From: the human T2T-CHM13v2.0 reference genome, Homo sapiens
DNA length: 64,000 nucleotides
Strand: one strand, 5' to 3'
Assembly (NCBI RefSeq): GCF_009914755.1
Contig: NC_060934.1
The notes under the pieces are model-generated. The model was given only the letters and a program-made list of their open reading frames with translations, made no database searches and was not told the DNA's origin. Shown piece after piece: positions 12,920-25,574 of the stretch (its first letter is position 1; each line of letters begins with the position of its first letter). A program made the translations under genes and the position numbers.

Positions 12920-14245
12920 GACTTTACCTTCAAAGGAACAGTAAGACTCATAGCTAGCTTCTTAATGGAAGCCATGGAATGCAAAAGGCAGTGAAATGAT
13001 CTTTAAAGTGCCAAAAGAAAATAAGCATCAATCTAGAATTCCAGACCTGGTGAAAATAGGGCAAAGGGCATTTCCAGGCCAACAAAAATTGAGAAACTTC
13101 ATTGCTAAAAGACTGACATTAGAAAGAAATACTAATGGGAGCCTTTTGCGCTTACAGAAATGACTCCAGGAAGAAGCAAATGCAGGAAGGAATGAGAAAC
13201 AATGAGAATGGGTAAATATGTGAGTAAATAGAAATTAATATGAACTGTAAAAAAGAAAAAAAGTAATATCTTATGAGTTTTAAAATAATGTAAATTAAAT
13301 TATGTTAAAATGGTAACACAAAAGTTGGGTCAGGGTAAGTGTAATTAAGGTATTCTAAGGTACCTGCAACACCTGGGAAAGTGGGAAATGTACTAATTGA
13401 TATTAGAGTCTAGTAAATCATGTATGGATAAATATAAGCTCTAGAGAATATTTAACTTATAGAAGTGAGAAAGAAATAGTTTTTTAAATTGATCAATCCA
13501 AAAAGAGACAAGAAAGGAGGGGAAAAAAGGAACATAGACAAGGTGTGCTGTTGGGAAAAAAGTAGTAGCATTAAACTCAAATATATCTGTCTACCAGTAA
13601 TTATATTAAATATAAATGGACAAAAGACTTCAAGTTAAAGGTAAAGATAGTTAGAGTGGATTTTTTCTTAAGTATATGCCCCATTTACCGTAAACATGCC
13701 CTACATATAAGGATATCTGATAAAATTATAAGAATGAAGAAAGATATATCATAGAAACACTATTCAAAATGAAGCTAGTGTAATTCCACTAAAATTAGGA
13801 AAATACACATTAAGGCAAAAACCAAAAACAAAACACACATTACAAGAAAAGAAAGCCATGGACCAAACTATCTCATGAACAAAGATACAAAAATCCCAAG
13901 CAAAATACTAACAGGTAGAATTAAGCAACACATTGTTTAAATTATTTATTTGTTTGTTTATTTATTTATTTATTTATTTATTTATTTTGTAGAAACAAAA
14001 TCTTACCATGCTGCCAGGGTAGTCTTAAACTCCTGGCCTCAAGCAATCCTCTTTTTCCAGTCTCCCAAAGCACTGGGATTACAGGCATGAGTCACTGCAC
14101 CTGGCCAGAGTAATATTTTTAAAAAGCGATACATCATAATCAAGCTGGGTTTATTCCAGAAATGCAAGGCTGATTTAACATTTGAAAATCAATTAATGTA
14201 AATTTACCACATTAATAGAATAAAGACAAAGATCATATGACCATC
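12920..14245 (+). mobile_element. Old L1 (L1M-type) fragment covering the ORF1 end and ORF2 remnants, interrupted by an Alu monomer
   Basis: A-rich, with L1 ORF2-like text such as caagctgggtttattccagaaatgcaaggctgatttaacatttgaaaatcaattaatgta. No intact ORF. Confidence 0.75.
13945..14106 (-). mobile_element. Alu monomer (FLAM/AluJ left arm) with (TTTA)n tail
   Basis: (ttta)n, then gtagaaacaaaatcttaccatgctgcc...gtcactgcacctggcc. Confidence 0.85.
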
Positions 14246-14269
14246 ATAGCAGATTATATTTTCCAACTA

Positions 14270-14785
14270 TCACTGCAATAATATGTACCACTTGACATGC
14301 TTTTCTTCCAACTTGACCTTGGCACTCTTCCATCAAGAGTTGAAGTCTATGTCCCCTCCCCCTGGATCCTGGGTGGACCTCAGTGACTCCTTGACCAACA
14401 GAGTACAGCAGAAGTGGCCATGCATAACTCCCAAGGCTGGATCCTAAAAACACCCTGTATTTCCTTAAGCCTAAGAAGGCACAGAAAGAGGCCACTTGAA
14501 GGAGCTGTGGACAGTAATCCCAGTGGAAGCCCAGCCAACAACCAGCATCAACTGCCAGACACAAGAAAGGGAGGACACTTTCAGATGATTCCAACTCCCA
14601 ACCTTTGGGTCTTCCAGCCGAGGCCACAGCCATGGGGGGCGAGTGGGGGCGCAGCACAGAGACAAGGCATGCTCATCCTGCCCTGTCCATTTCCCAACCC
14701 ACAGAATCTGTGCCATAACAAATTTTTTTTGGCACCACTACATTTGGGGGTCGTTTGTTTTGTACACATAGTAATCAGAGGAGAG
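14270..14785 (+). mobile_element. MaLR LTR (MLT1-like)
   Basis: catcaagagttgaagtctatgtcccctccc...ttgaccaacagagtacagcagaagtg and the 3' end ccactacatttgggggtcgtttgtt resemble MLT1 LTRs. Subfamily not determined. Confidence 0.65.
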
Positions 14786-15542
14786 CAGCTTCTGGGGCTT
14801 TAAGAGCGTTCACTTTCTTGTTCCGGGTGCTGGTGGAACAGACGTCACCATTCTGTGATCATTCATGAACTCTACACTTACGATCTGCACACTAGTCTCT
14901 ATGTAGGTGGTACTTCCATAAAAAGAACCCAAACAAGGATACCAAAGAAAAACGGGGAGGGGACGTGGAGCAATTTCCCTGTTGTAACTGTGGAGCAAGA
15001 GATAGATTGGCGCTGACAAATGGGAACATCCCTAACTGGTGGACTCTGTTTTCTCCGTAAAGACCATCTCCGGGAGGGATGTGTTCAGGGCCCTGGGCCA
15101 AGTGGAGGAGGAAGATGGCAACAGTTCTTACAGCAAGCAGGAGCCAAGACACGTGGTAGAACTGCAGGGAATCCTCAGGCCCATCTGGCGTTGATAACTG
15201 TGAGTTCCAAGCAGACTCGCTGGTCTGCTGGGGACTCTCCAGTGAGGATCATTTGTCAGCTGTAGCTGGGCTCCCCCAGGGTGGGCCCACGCTGCCACGG
15301 GGAGATGAGGGACATGGGAGTTCAGGGTACTGCGAAGATGTTACTGACATGGTGAACCTTGGGATCTAAGCTGCCTGAAGATAGAAGGAAGGACATGCTT
15401 GATGGATGAAGGGAAGACAGAGGAGTCAGTGCTGGCATCTCCCGGAAGTCCAGAACGTTCCTGGAGGGAGCCACTGACCAGCACACAGCAAGGAGAGGTG
15501 GCTAGAATCAGAAAGGGGACTGGAATTCGAATCAGTGATGTG

Positions 15543-15840
15543 GGCCATCCGTGGTGGCTCACGCCTGTAATCCCAGCATCTTGGGGGGCTAAGGTGGGAG
15601 GATCACTTGAAGCCAAGAGTTTGAGACCAGCCTGGGCAACATAGTGAGACCCCCATTTCTGAATAAAATTTTTTTTAATTAGCCGGGAGTGGTGGCCTGC
15701 ACCTGTAGTTCCAGCTACTCGGGGAGGCTGAGACGGGAGGATTACTTGAGCTCAGGAGCTGGACGCTGCTGTGAGCTACAATCATGCCACTGCACTCCAG
15801 CCTGGGTGACAGAGCAATACCCTGGCTCTTAAAAAATAAA
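15543..15840 (+). mobile_element. Alu (AluJ-like)
   Basis: Dimeric Alu flanked by the TSD-like pair aatcagtgatgtg / aattagtgatgtg. Confidence 0.92.
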
Positions 15841-16015
15841 TTAGTGATGTGGAAGCAGAGAAGTTATGAGTCCGTAGTTATGGCTTTATCACCATAACTA
15901 CTAACCCTATCTCTCAGAATCCTCGTGCCTCGCACGGGTATCCAGTAACCCTGGAAAGAAAGACCGTAGTGAGTGAGTGACCCCAATCTGTGAGCATTGC
16001 ACTGATAGAGAAGTT

Positions 16016-16031
16016 CCACGAGATGGCAGCA
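16016..16031 (+). promoter_or_regulatory. Candidate CTCF site CCACGAGATGGCAGCA in a small CpG-rich patch
   Basis: One mismatch from the CTCF core, next to a CpG/GC-box-rich segment (16055-16110). Confidence 0.55.
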
Positions 16032-16828
16032 TCGGCCCATGAGCCTTATGCCTGGCGCTCTCCGCTCCGCCCGTCGCACCGCCCCCCCGCCCCAACGCCC
16101 CGCACCCTCCCCCAAAAGGAGCCTGTGAAAAATATTCTGACTCTTCCTGATTGTTATGTCGCCTGCAGGTCAACAGACCCTGGGGAAGAGAAGAAGAGGA
16201 GAGCCTGTAGGGCTCCAGTCTTAAAGATGAGGGCTTGTGTGACCCCCACTCCCAACCACTTTTCATGGAGTCTCCTGGGTGGGTTCTGGAGGCAGAAAGG
16301 CAACCATGTGAATTTTGGCTCTGCCGCTGACTAGCTGTGTGACTCTGAATGAGGTACTAACCTCTTTGTGCCCCAGTTTCCGCATAAGCTAAACGGGGCT
16401 GACAATTGCACCGACCTCATGGTGTGTGGTGGATTCTACGGGATGGGGGCGGCCGTCAGGGGGCTGGAGGCAGAGCGGGAGCTGTGTCCTCTGGCTCACC
16501 GTCTTTAACAGCAATCCATACACCTACTCTGTGCCTCCTAGAAGGCTGTTAGGTTGTTATTCTCACCCCCTTTACAGATGAGAAAACTGAGGCTTGACTT
16601 CGTAGGGCCACATAAAAAGCATCCTAGCCCAGGTCTGTCTGGCTCCAGGGCCCAGTTCTGACCACCAAGCCAAGAGGCTTCCCTATCGGCCACCCTGGCC
16701 AGCCTTGGCATCTCATCCTCCAGTTCCCTGGGCCTGGAGCTGGTCCTCTTGTGATACTGGGATGGCTTCTGCCAGCACTCAGAACCTTTCAGGGCATTTC
16801 CAAACCAAGGAGAAACAAGGTGCTTTTT

Positions 16829-17168
16829 CTTTTCTTTTTCTTTTTCTTTCTATCTTTTTTTTTTTTTTTTTTGAGACAGAGTCTCGCTCTTGTTGCCCAG
16901 GCTGGAGTGCAGTAGCGCAATCTCGGCTCACTGCACCCTCCGCCTTCCTGGGTTCAAGCAATTCTCCTGCATCAGCACCCCGAGTAGCTGGGATTACAGG
17001 TGCCCACCACCATGCTCAGCTATTTTTTTTTTTTTGTAGTTTTAGTAGAGATGGGGTTTCACCATGTTGGCCATACTGATCTCAAACTCCTGACCTCGTG
17101 ATCTGCCCGCCTTGGCCTCCCAAAATAATCGCGCTTGGGATTACAGGCGCAAGCCACTGCGCCCGGCC
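16829..17168 (-). mobile_element. Alu (AluS-type)
   Basis: Poly-T then antisense Alu; ggtgctttttc on both flanks. Confidence 0.93.
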
Positions 17169-17523
17169 AGGGTGCTTTTTCAAAGGATTAAGGATTGTAA
17201 AATGTCGATCCAGTGGAAAGTGCTTTGGCCATTTGGAGTTTTCCTTCCTTCTCTTCTCCTTCTTATCCTCCTCCTCTTTTTCTCCTCATGTATAAGAATA
17301 AAGATGCCTAATGGATGTAGTACTTTACCATTTACAAATATTTTCCCTGACCTTCTCCAACAATACTTGAGCACAGATGGTTGTTGTCATTGAATCCACT
17401 CGGTTGCAATGCCTCATATGCCCCAGCCAGATACAGAGTTGGGAGCTATCAAGGCAGAAAAGCATGGCCACTGCATTCCTAGACACAGATGGGGTTCAGG
17501 ACACACTACCGCAAACTTATGAC

Positions 17524-18045
17524 TGTAGGAGACCAGACCAGAATAGGCCACCCAAAATATGGCTCCTTGGCATAAGAATAATTCTGAGCTGGTTATTTTG
17601 AGAAACTGCAGACACAGGAGAAGCTCTAAGAACAAAAGGAAAACTTACCCTTTGAAAGAGAAACTTACATCTTTAAAAGAAATCATACATCAGGGTGTCT
17701 CCCTGTCTGCACCAGGAAGAGAAAGATGTCTCTAATCACTAGAAACACCAATGGAGAAGGCATGGACTTCAGTCTGCAAGACCAACCTTCCCCTTGTTGA
17801 CTAAGCTTTTCCTGCCCACATCCCCACAGCTGGGCCTTCTTTCTTTGTTTCAGTTGAAGATGGCATTTAAGCCTGAACTCAAAGCCGTGGTTTTTGGAGA
17901 TTTACTTATTTCTCTGAGTATTTCCCAAGTGCACATGACATATACACATTACTAAACTTCTGTTTGTTTTTCTCTTCTCAATCTCAAGATTGTTTCAGGT
18001 GTCTACCCTACCTCATGAAGGCTAGAAAAAATTACCTTTCCGCTC
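17524..18045 (+). mobile_element. Solo ERV LTR (ERV1-class, MER72/MER93-like)
   Basis: Begins tgtaggagaccagaccagaataggccacccaaaatatggctccttggcataag, similar to ERV1 LTR 5' ends as I recall them. Subfamily and end uncertain. Confidence 0.5.
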
Positions 18046-19918
18046 CTATAGCACTTATCAAAAGCAATGTTCAGGATAACTTCAGGCAAGGGACAGGAAC
18101 CCAGCCAATTTCTGAGGCCTGCCCACCCCAGCCTCCCCATCCCTCCCCTCCCTGGAGTCCGCTGCTATGAAGTAGGTATTGTGAAAACACTTTTATTCTG
18201 TTTCCTCTCTACTTCCCTTTCTTGACCCAATCTCCCTCTTTTCTGATCATCTGTCAGGGTAAATGTTTTTATTACCTGGTCACTGAAGGGCCTGCTGGTC
18301 AGGGGCCAGGGCAGACTCAGAGCTCAGGGCTCTGGACCCCCATTCTCCTGTTCCTTCCCTGATCCCCCAAAGCCTCAAACATTCCCTGGGAAGCTGTGTG
18401 CCCAACAGTACCTGACTCATCTTGTCCCCAAGCTAGACATTACCACCGCCATCCGCCTAGATCCTGGAGGAGAAGACAAGCCCACATTGTCCGGGAAGCA
18501 GCCCCACGGATGCATTAGCAACCTGTTTCCTCCCACGGCTTTCTGCTTTCATGATGGAGGCCATCCCCAGAGCCCCTTCCTGAACTCAGCCCTAGCAACC
18601 AGCAAATCCCCAAGTGGCTGGCGCCTCCTCCATTTGGAGAAAGACCTCAGCCTCAGAGCTCTGGAAGAGGGCTCCTGGCACCTCTGATTCTCTAAGCAGG
18701 TGTCCTGAAACTGTCTCACTCACTCACATACATGCACATTCTCCAAAGATAAAGATAACAATGACTACAAACAACTCAGGACTCTGCATGAAGTAAAAGC
18801 AATCAAGTGACAAAGCACCGGAGCTTCACAGACATGGGTCATGGTCTTGGGGCTGGACCAGAAATAGCCCTGATCTGCTGCCCTCACTGAATCCTACGGC
18901 TTTGTCCCTCGTGCTGTCCCAGCTCCCCTCAGCCTCACCTGCCTGCCTGTAACCGGGCATGACAAAAAGAGCCTTGGCTCTGGGTTCTGCCACTCCATCA
19001 CTGCCAGCTGTGTGCCCTGGGAAGCCACTTGACCTCTTTGAGCCTGGCTTTCCTCATCTGTAAAATGGGGACAACAGTCCCATTTCACTGGGTACTGGGG
19101 TGGGGGGGTGGAATCAAATGGGAGACTGTTCATGAAAATGCTCTGTATATTAGAGGATTTTTTTCCAACGTAAAGAGGCTAAAAATAAGGCCTGATGACT
19201 AAACTAACATATACACTATCACATTTTGGGGGTGGGGAGTGTCTTCCTTGGAAGTGATGGAAATTTGCATTGAGTGCCTGGCATGGATCACCTGACTTAA
19301 TTCTCCCGACAGTCCTAAGCCGACCCTGGGTTTCAGAGAGGTTTAGTAATTTTACCATTATCCCTCAGCTTGTAAGCCTGGAGCTAAGCCCCTTCCTCTC
19401 CTGGGCCGGGGGGCTTTCTGACAATTTAGGGTGCTAGTCTCCAAACTCGCCTGCTGGTGGAGCTTGTTAAATAGATCCATTCTGGATCCCCATTCTGCAC
19501 CCCCTGAGTGATGGGTTGTATTAATCCAGGTATTTATTGAACACAAATTATGTGCCCACGATGAGGGAAGAGCAAACAAAGCAGATACAGCACCACCCTC
19601 AGGGATTGGGGAGTGGCAGCAACCCTCCTGGGGAGAGGTCCCCAGAATCTGGATGTGTACTCGAGACTTTTATGATCAGGCCAGTGTTTGGGGAATGGTG
19701 GTTATAAAATGAGAGGCTGGGGCAGGGAGTGGGGATGTTCTGAGAACCTGTCCACACACTGACAGCCTCAATGGGTTCTGTGGCACCCCTGAGCCCTGGG
19801 ATGGCAACTGCAAGAATTTACTATCCATGGTCACAGATCTTCAGGCCCTGTGAAGCATCCAGATCCCCGCTCTGAATAGGCCAACTGGGCCAGGACCGGG
19901 AGTCAGGAAGGTTTCCGC

Positions 19919-20230
19919 CTTTTTTTTTTTTTTTTTTTTTTTGAGATGGAGTCTTGCTCTGTCGCCCAGGCTCCAGGCTGGAGTGCAGTGGCACCATCTC
20001 GGTTCACTGAAATCTCCGCCTCCCGGGTTCAAGCGATTCTCCTGCCTCAGCCTCCCACATAGCTGGGATCACTGGCACGCACCACCATGCCCGGCTACTT
20101 TTGTATTTTCAGTAGAGACGAGGTTTCGCCATGTTGGCCAGGCTGGTCTCAAACTCCCGACCTCAGGTGATCCGCCTGCTTCGGCCTCCCAAAGTGCTGG
20201 GATTACAGGCGTGAGCCACCGCGCCCGGCC
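19919..20230 (-). mobile_element. Alu (AluS-type) about 0.6 kb upstream of SLC29A3 exon 1
   Basis: Poly-T then antisense Alu, with an internal 7-bp duplication (ccaggct ccaggct). Confidence 0.95.
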
Positions 20231-20569
20231 CCTGCTTTCTTAAAGAACACGCGGCAGCTGTGTGTTACACGCTATGGCTGAGGTCAAGTGTGAGGGCTGG
20301 AATTGCTGACTGCCATGTTCTGGGTCTACTGAAAATAGCTGCCTGGCCTGGGAGGCCCAGTTCAGTCCGGGTGTGGGTCCCGCTTCACCTCCAGAGCAGC
20401 GGCAGCCGGTAAGGGTAGAAGCGGCCTTTGGAGAGGGGTCTCTGCAGCGGCCTGGGGACAAGATGAGGGCTCCTTTGAGTCCTGGGGTGCAGGTTATAGT
20501 AGCTAAAGGGGAGGTCTGAGACAGTGGGGTCTGGCTCCAAGGTAAAGAAGGAGCAGCAACCAAAAGGCC

Positions 20570-21260
20570 TGATGCGCAGCGCACCCATCGCAAGCATGGG
20601 CAGTGCGTTTAAGACTGGGTGACTCACTTTTTCTCCTATAAAATGGGCGCACGCAGGCCCCAGCTCAGCGCCAGAAGGGGGAGCCCCGGCGCGCCGGCAG
20701 AAGACAAAGGAAAAAAGCGTGTTTGCAAACGGGGAAGCGGCGGCGTGCTGCCGCGAGGGGCGGGGCGGGGCCGGGGGAGGAGCCCGCCTGCCGCCTGCCA
20801 AGCCCAGTGGTCCTGGCCGTGCGCCGGAGGCAGCGGCGGCGTGGCGCAGCGGCGACAGTAAGTGCGGGCCGGCTCGGGCTCTTCCGGCTACGGTCCCGGC
20901 CGCCCCCAGACTCGCGCTCAGCGACCTCCCTCCCGGGCCCTGGGGGCGGCTGCGGGCTGCCAGGGGAGCCGCAGGACCCTACCCCATCCGTGGTCCCTTC
21001 CCCACCGTCCCTCCTCTCTCTCCTTGCTCTCTGCCACCCCTCTTTCTGGGTCTCTATCTTCTCTTCCCCAAATCCTCTCCCCTCCTCCTCCCTGAGACTG
21101 GACCTCACCGCCTGTATGGTGGGGGCCTGGTATGGACCCGTCGGCCCGAAGTATCCAGACGGTGGCTGATTCTCTCGGTCCCAGCTGCGGGGCCTGAGGC
21201 TGGGGCTGTTTACACCGCAAAGCCGGTTCTGCCGCGGCCAGTAGGCGGTGCCCTGCGCTT
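20570..21260. promoter_or_regulatory. SLC29A3: CpG island and promoter of SLC29A3
   Basis: Dense CpG and high GC. Overlapping GC boxes ggggcggggcgggg (20757-20770), AP-1 motif TGACTCA (20620-20626), CTCF-like CCAGAAGGGGGAGC (20671-20684). Spans exon 1. Confidence 0.9.
20800..20857 (+). CDS. SLC29A3: SLC29A3 exon 1: 5' UTR plus only the A of the ATG (c.1 = 20857); start of the exon approximate
   Basis: ...gcagcggcgacA|GTAAGT strong donor at 20858. Joined to exon 2 (TG GCC...) it gives gacATGG. Confidence 0.9.
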
Positions 21261-21904
21261 CCCAGTGCCTTCCCACAGGTTAGCCCTACCAGCTCCCCAC
21301 CCCGGTTCACAGCCCAGGAGATCGAGGCACAGAGGGGCGAGCCACCTAGCCAGAGTCAGGAACCTCCTTGGAACCAGCACCCAGGCTTCCCAGCCCAGAT
21401 GAGGTTTTGCCGCGGCCCCAGCAGTGCCTGCCTCCTTGTGTGGGGCTGTCTGTCTGTGCATGGCCGGGCTCCCGCAGGTGACCCAGGAGCACGTTCCAGG
21501 CCACAGCCAGCTTGTTTTGGGGAAGGTTGGGCACTTCCTTGCCTGCCTTTCTCTTTATTTTTTAATCCAGAAGCCAGCAGCTAGCTTTTATAAAGACTAA
21601 TAAGACTTTGCTCACTCCAGTGCCCTGGCCTGTGACCCTGGTTAGAGAAAATTCCTGGCTCCTTCTTCAGAAGCTCAGTCAAGCCTTGACAAATAGACGC
21701 TAGGAACTGAGAAGGGGGCCCTAGCCAGGTGTGGTCCTGAGTGACAGGGCTGGTGGACCTTCTAGCCGCCCCCACAGGTAGCTGGAGCCTCTGGAAAGAA
21801 CCACTTGCCGGTTCTCTCTTGTTCTATGTGGGTGGGTCATGATTATTTTTTACATTTTAAACACTAATTTTTAAAATGTAACAAGTGAGCTTGTTACATT
21901 TGTA

Positions 21905-22085
21905 CCATTTTGTGCCAGACAAAATAGCATAGACTGGGTGGCTTAAACAAAATTTGTTTCTCATGGATCTGGAGGCTGGGAAGGGCAAGATCAAGGTGCT
22001 GGTTGATTTGGTTTCTGATGAGGGCTCTCTTCCTGGCTTGCAGACAGCCTCCTTCTTGCTGTGCCTTCACATGGCTTTTCCTCTA
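21905..22085 (-). mobile_element. MaLR LTR fragment (MLT1-like)
   Basis: catagactgggtggcttaaacaa...ctggaggctgggaag...aagatcaaggtgctgg...gagggctctcttcctggcttgcagac is typical MLT1/MST text. Confidence 0.75.
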
Positions 22086-24181
22086 TGAGTGGGTGCATGT
22101 GGAAAAAGCGATTTTCCACACAGTGAGCTTCCAGACAGTGAGCTTGTTAATGCTGGCCTCCATGCGAATCCAGGCTGGGGAGGGGCTCTGCTAACCAGGG
22201 GAGTTTAAAATAGACTTGCTGGCTGGATGCATTGCACTTGGGCATCCAGTGGCCCCCCACCTGCTGGCTCCAGGGTACATGCTACCCCAGCAGGGGAGAA
22301 TGTCCTGGTCGTGCAGAGTCCGTTCATTCAGCAAACATTGACAAGGGTGCCTGCAGTGTGCCTGGGCCCCTCCCGACTCACTGGCTTCAAGGCTTGCAGG
22401 AAGGATGCCTGTACTTGGAACCAGCAGACACAGATTCCCATTCCCAGCCAGTCCTCCCCGGTGTGCTGAGGAGTCCAGCATGGGCCCCAGTCTGCTTGGC
22501 TGTGTAACTTCACTCTTGTCATCTACTAGTTATGTGACCCTGGGCAAGTTACTCAACCTTTCTGAGCCTCAGACCCCTCTGTGAAATGGGTCTTAGAGTA
22601 GTACCTAATATATTAGGCTGTTGTCAGCCTCAAGTGTGACCTCTGTTAGGCACAGACCTTGGCATTTGTGATCACTGGACTTAAGTTTAGCTATTGGGAG
22701 TTCTTTCTATTTGTGGGACATAGCAAGTGCCTTCCAGACCTCAGTTTTTCCATCTGAAAAAAGGGGGCAATGTTTTCTGCCCTGCCTAATTCCAAGGGAT
22801 GCTCTGAGGTTCTCCTGAAATAGTGGATAAGGTTCTGCACCCATGTGAGGAGGTGTTCCCATCCCACCAGGGAATAAAGGCCCCAGTCTTCTTGGTACGA
22901 TGCTTTGAGTTAGGCTTAGCCTCCTATAGAAACCAAGATGCATTTATTTATTAGTTTATTGGGTGGGGAAGAGGCTACTGCAGAAGGGACTCTGAAGTGT
23001 CCCATCCTCAGCATTTTGGAGACATTTCTCATTTATCAAGCTGCTGCCACATCCTAGGTGCTATGTAGAGCAAAGAAGCAGGCATGCTACCTTACAGCCA
23101 AATTCAGCAGCCAGCCAGCCAGCCATGCGACAGGCCCAGGATGCCAGGGAGATGCTGACATTTGTTCAACAGCTGCTTATAGGCCAGGCATTGCCAGCCA
23201 GTTGCAGTTGCATAACTATCATAAAAACAGCTTCTCTGGGTTTACATTTGGGGAAATTGAGGCACAGAAATGTGGTAACTTGCCCAAGGCCATGTAGGCA
23301 ATAGTTGCTGGCAGCCTAGGCTCTTCCATTTATCTTAGGCGCTACCATAGATTGAAAGTGGCTGGCTCCTTGTAGGGTGTGATGAGCAGAGGTGGGACCC
23401 AGGCAGGAGCTGCAAACCCAGGCTTGGCCATTTACGTGGCCTATGGCCTTCAGTTCTTTGGACCTCTCTTTCCTCACAAATGAAATGGGAATGGACTGTC
23501 AGAGGCTACACACCAGCTTCTGGAGGCAGCCCTGGACACTACCAGTTTTTTAAACAATTATTACTTAATTTGAATTTTTTTAAATTTACACTTTTAATTT
23601 TGTTTTTGAACCGGTAATAAACTAGTCACATAGTTCAAAATTCAAGAGACACAAATAAGAATGCAGGGAAGTCCCCCTCCCCGCCCCCCACCATCCCAGT
23701 TTCCCTCCTTAGAGACAGCCACTGTTAGAAACTTCTTATGTAGCCTTCCAGAGATATTCTGTGCATATACAAATACATATGTGTATGTATATTTTCTCTC
23801 CCCACTTTTTTTACACACATAGTAGCATATTCTACACACCATCCTGCTCCTTATTTCTTTCACCTGAAATCGAAAAGGGTTTAGAGATCATTCTTTGCCC
23901 ATTAAGGGTCCTAATTCTTTTTTATGGCTGCACAGAACTGTGAATGCCCTTAGACCAGGTTTGCCTTTCTGGGTACATTGCCACAGTCCCCACTATCATG
24001 CAGTGTTTTACAAAACCCAGCCTGTTCCACAGTTATGTGCTACTGCTACCTCTGTTGCCCTTGCATGGTTGGGGTGACCTCTGAGGACACTTACAGTTCT
24101 GACATCCTGCCCTTCTCCAGGTCTGATTTTTGTCTTTCTCCCTGATCCTTAAAATGAAGCTCTCCAACCAGGCTTTGGTGA

Positions 24182-24700
<519 letters not shown>

Positions 24701-25574
24701 TAGATCACTTACTGTTTAGCTTGGGAAGAAGATGCAAATTATGGTTCCATGTGGTGTGTATGGTAAACCCATAAATCCAGAGTCCATGCCTCCAGGGATG
24801 TGAAGGTATGGACTGAATAGTGTTATGTTCAGCTATGAGTTACAGAAAATTCCAAAAGACTAGTAACTAAAATGAGATGGAAGGTCATTTTTCTCCCATG
24901 TTCAATTCTGGTCGGGACAGCCCAAGGCTGGTATGATGTTCTATGGCATTAGGAACCCAGTTGCTTCACTTCTGTGCAGCTTTCATGGCCAAGGCCACCT
25001 CATAGTGCAAGACGGCTGTTGTAAGTCCAGCCATTACATCAGTAGGAAAAAGCAAGAGGAGAAGGAGGAAATGCCTGTTGCCTGTACGAACACTTCCTGG
25101 AAGTAACATACATTGCTCTTCTTACATTGCATTGGTCAAAACTTAGGCATGTGACCACATCAGCTTGCAGAGCAGGCTGGGAAATGTAGTCTTTCAATGT
25201 AGCTTTATCTCAGAACCATGTGCCTGCTAAAATGGGAGGTTCTGTTATGGAAGACAAGGAAAATGAATCCGAAGGGATAATTAGTCTGATCACCATGGGA
25301 GAGATTGCTGTGACTTGGGAGTTGGTGGGTTTCAAGAAAGGGGAGGAAACGATCCAGGTAGAAGAAAAAGGCTGGGCAACGGCAGAATGGGAGGAAAGTT
25401 CAGGTGTGTATGACAAACTGTGAAGCTGTGTTTGGGGCACAAGTAAGAGCAAGAGGTCTTGAGATCATTGCCTGGGGCCTTGAATGTCCAGGTGAGGAGT
25501 CAATTTTGTTTAGTTGACAGGGCTGCTCACTTTGCTGGGTGGCTTTTCCAGAGAGGTGGGGGCAGTAGGGGAAG

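Noticed and set aside
20637-20643. TATAAAA as the core TATA box, or CCTATAAAATGG as a CArG box
   Set aside because: It lies about 160 bp or more upstream of the likely exon 1 start, too far for a core TATA. The CC...GG spacer is 8 nt, not the 6 nt of a CArG box.
20385-21402. Overlapping 138-227 aa ORFs on both strands at the SLC29A3 promoter
   Set aside because: Stop codons are scarce in CpG islands. The products are Pro/Arg/Gly/Ala-rich with no family signal and run through the exon 1 donor.
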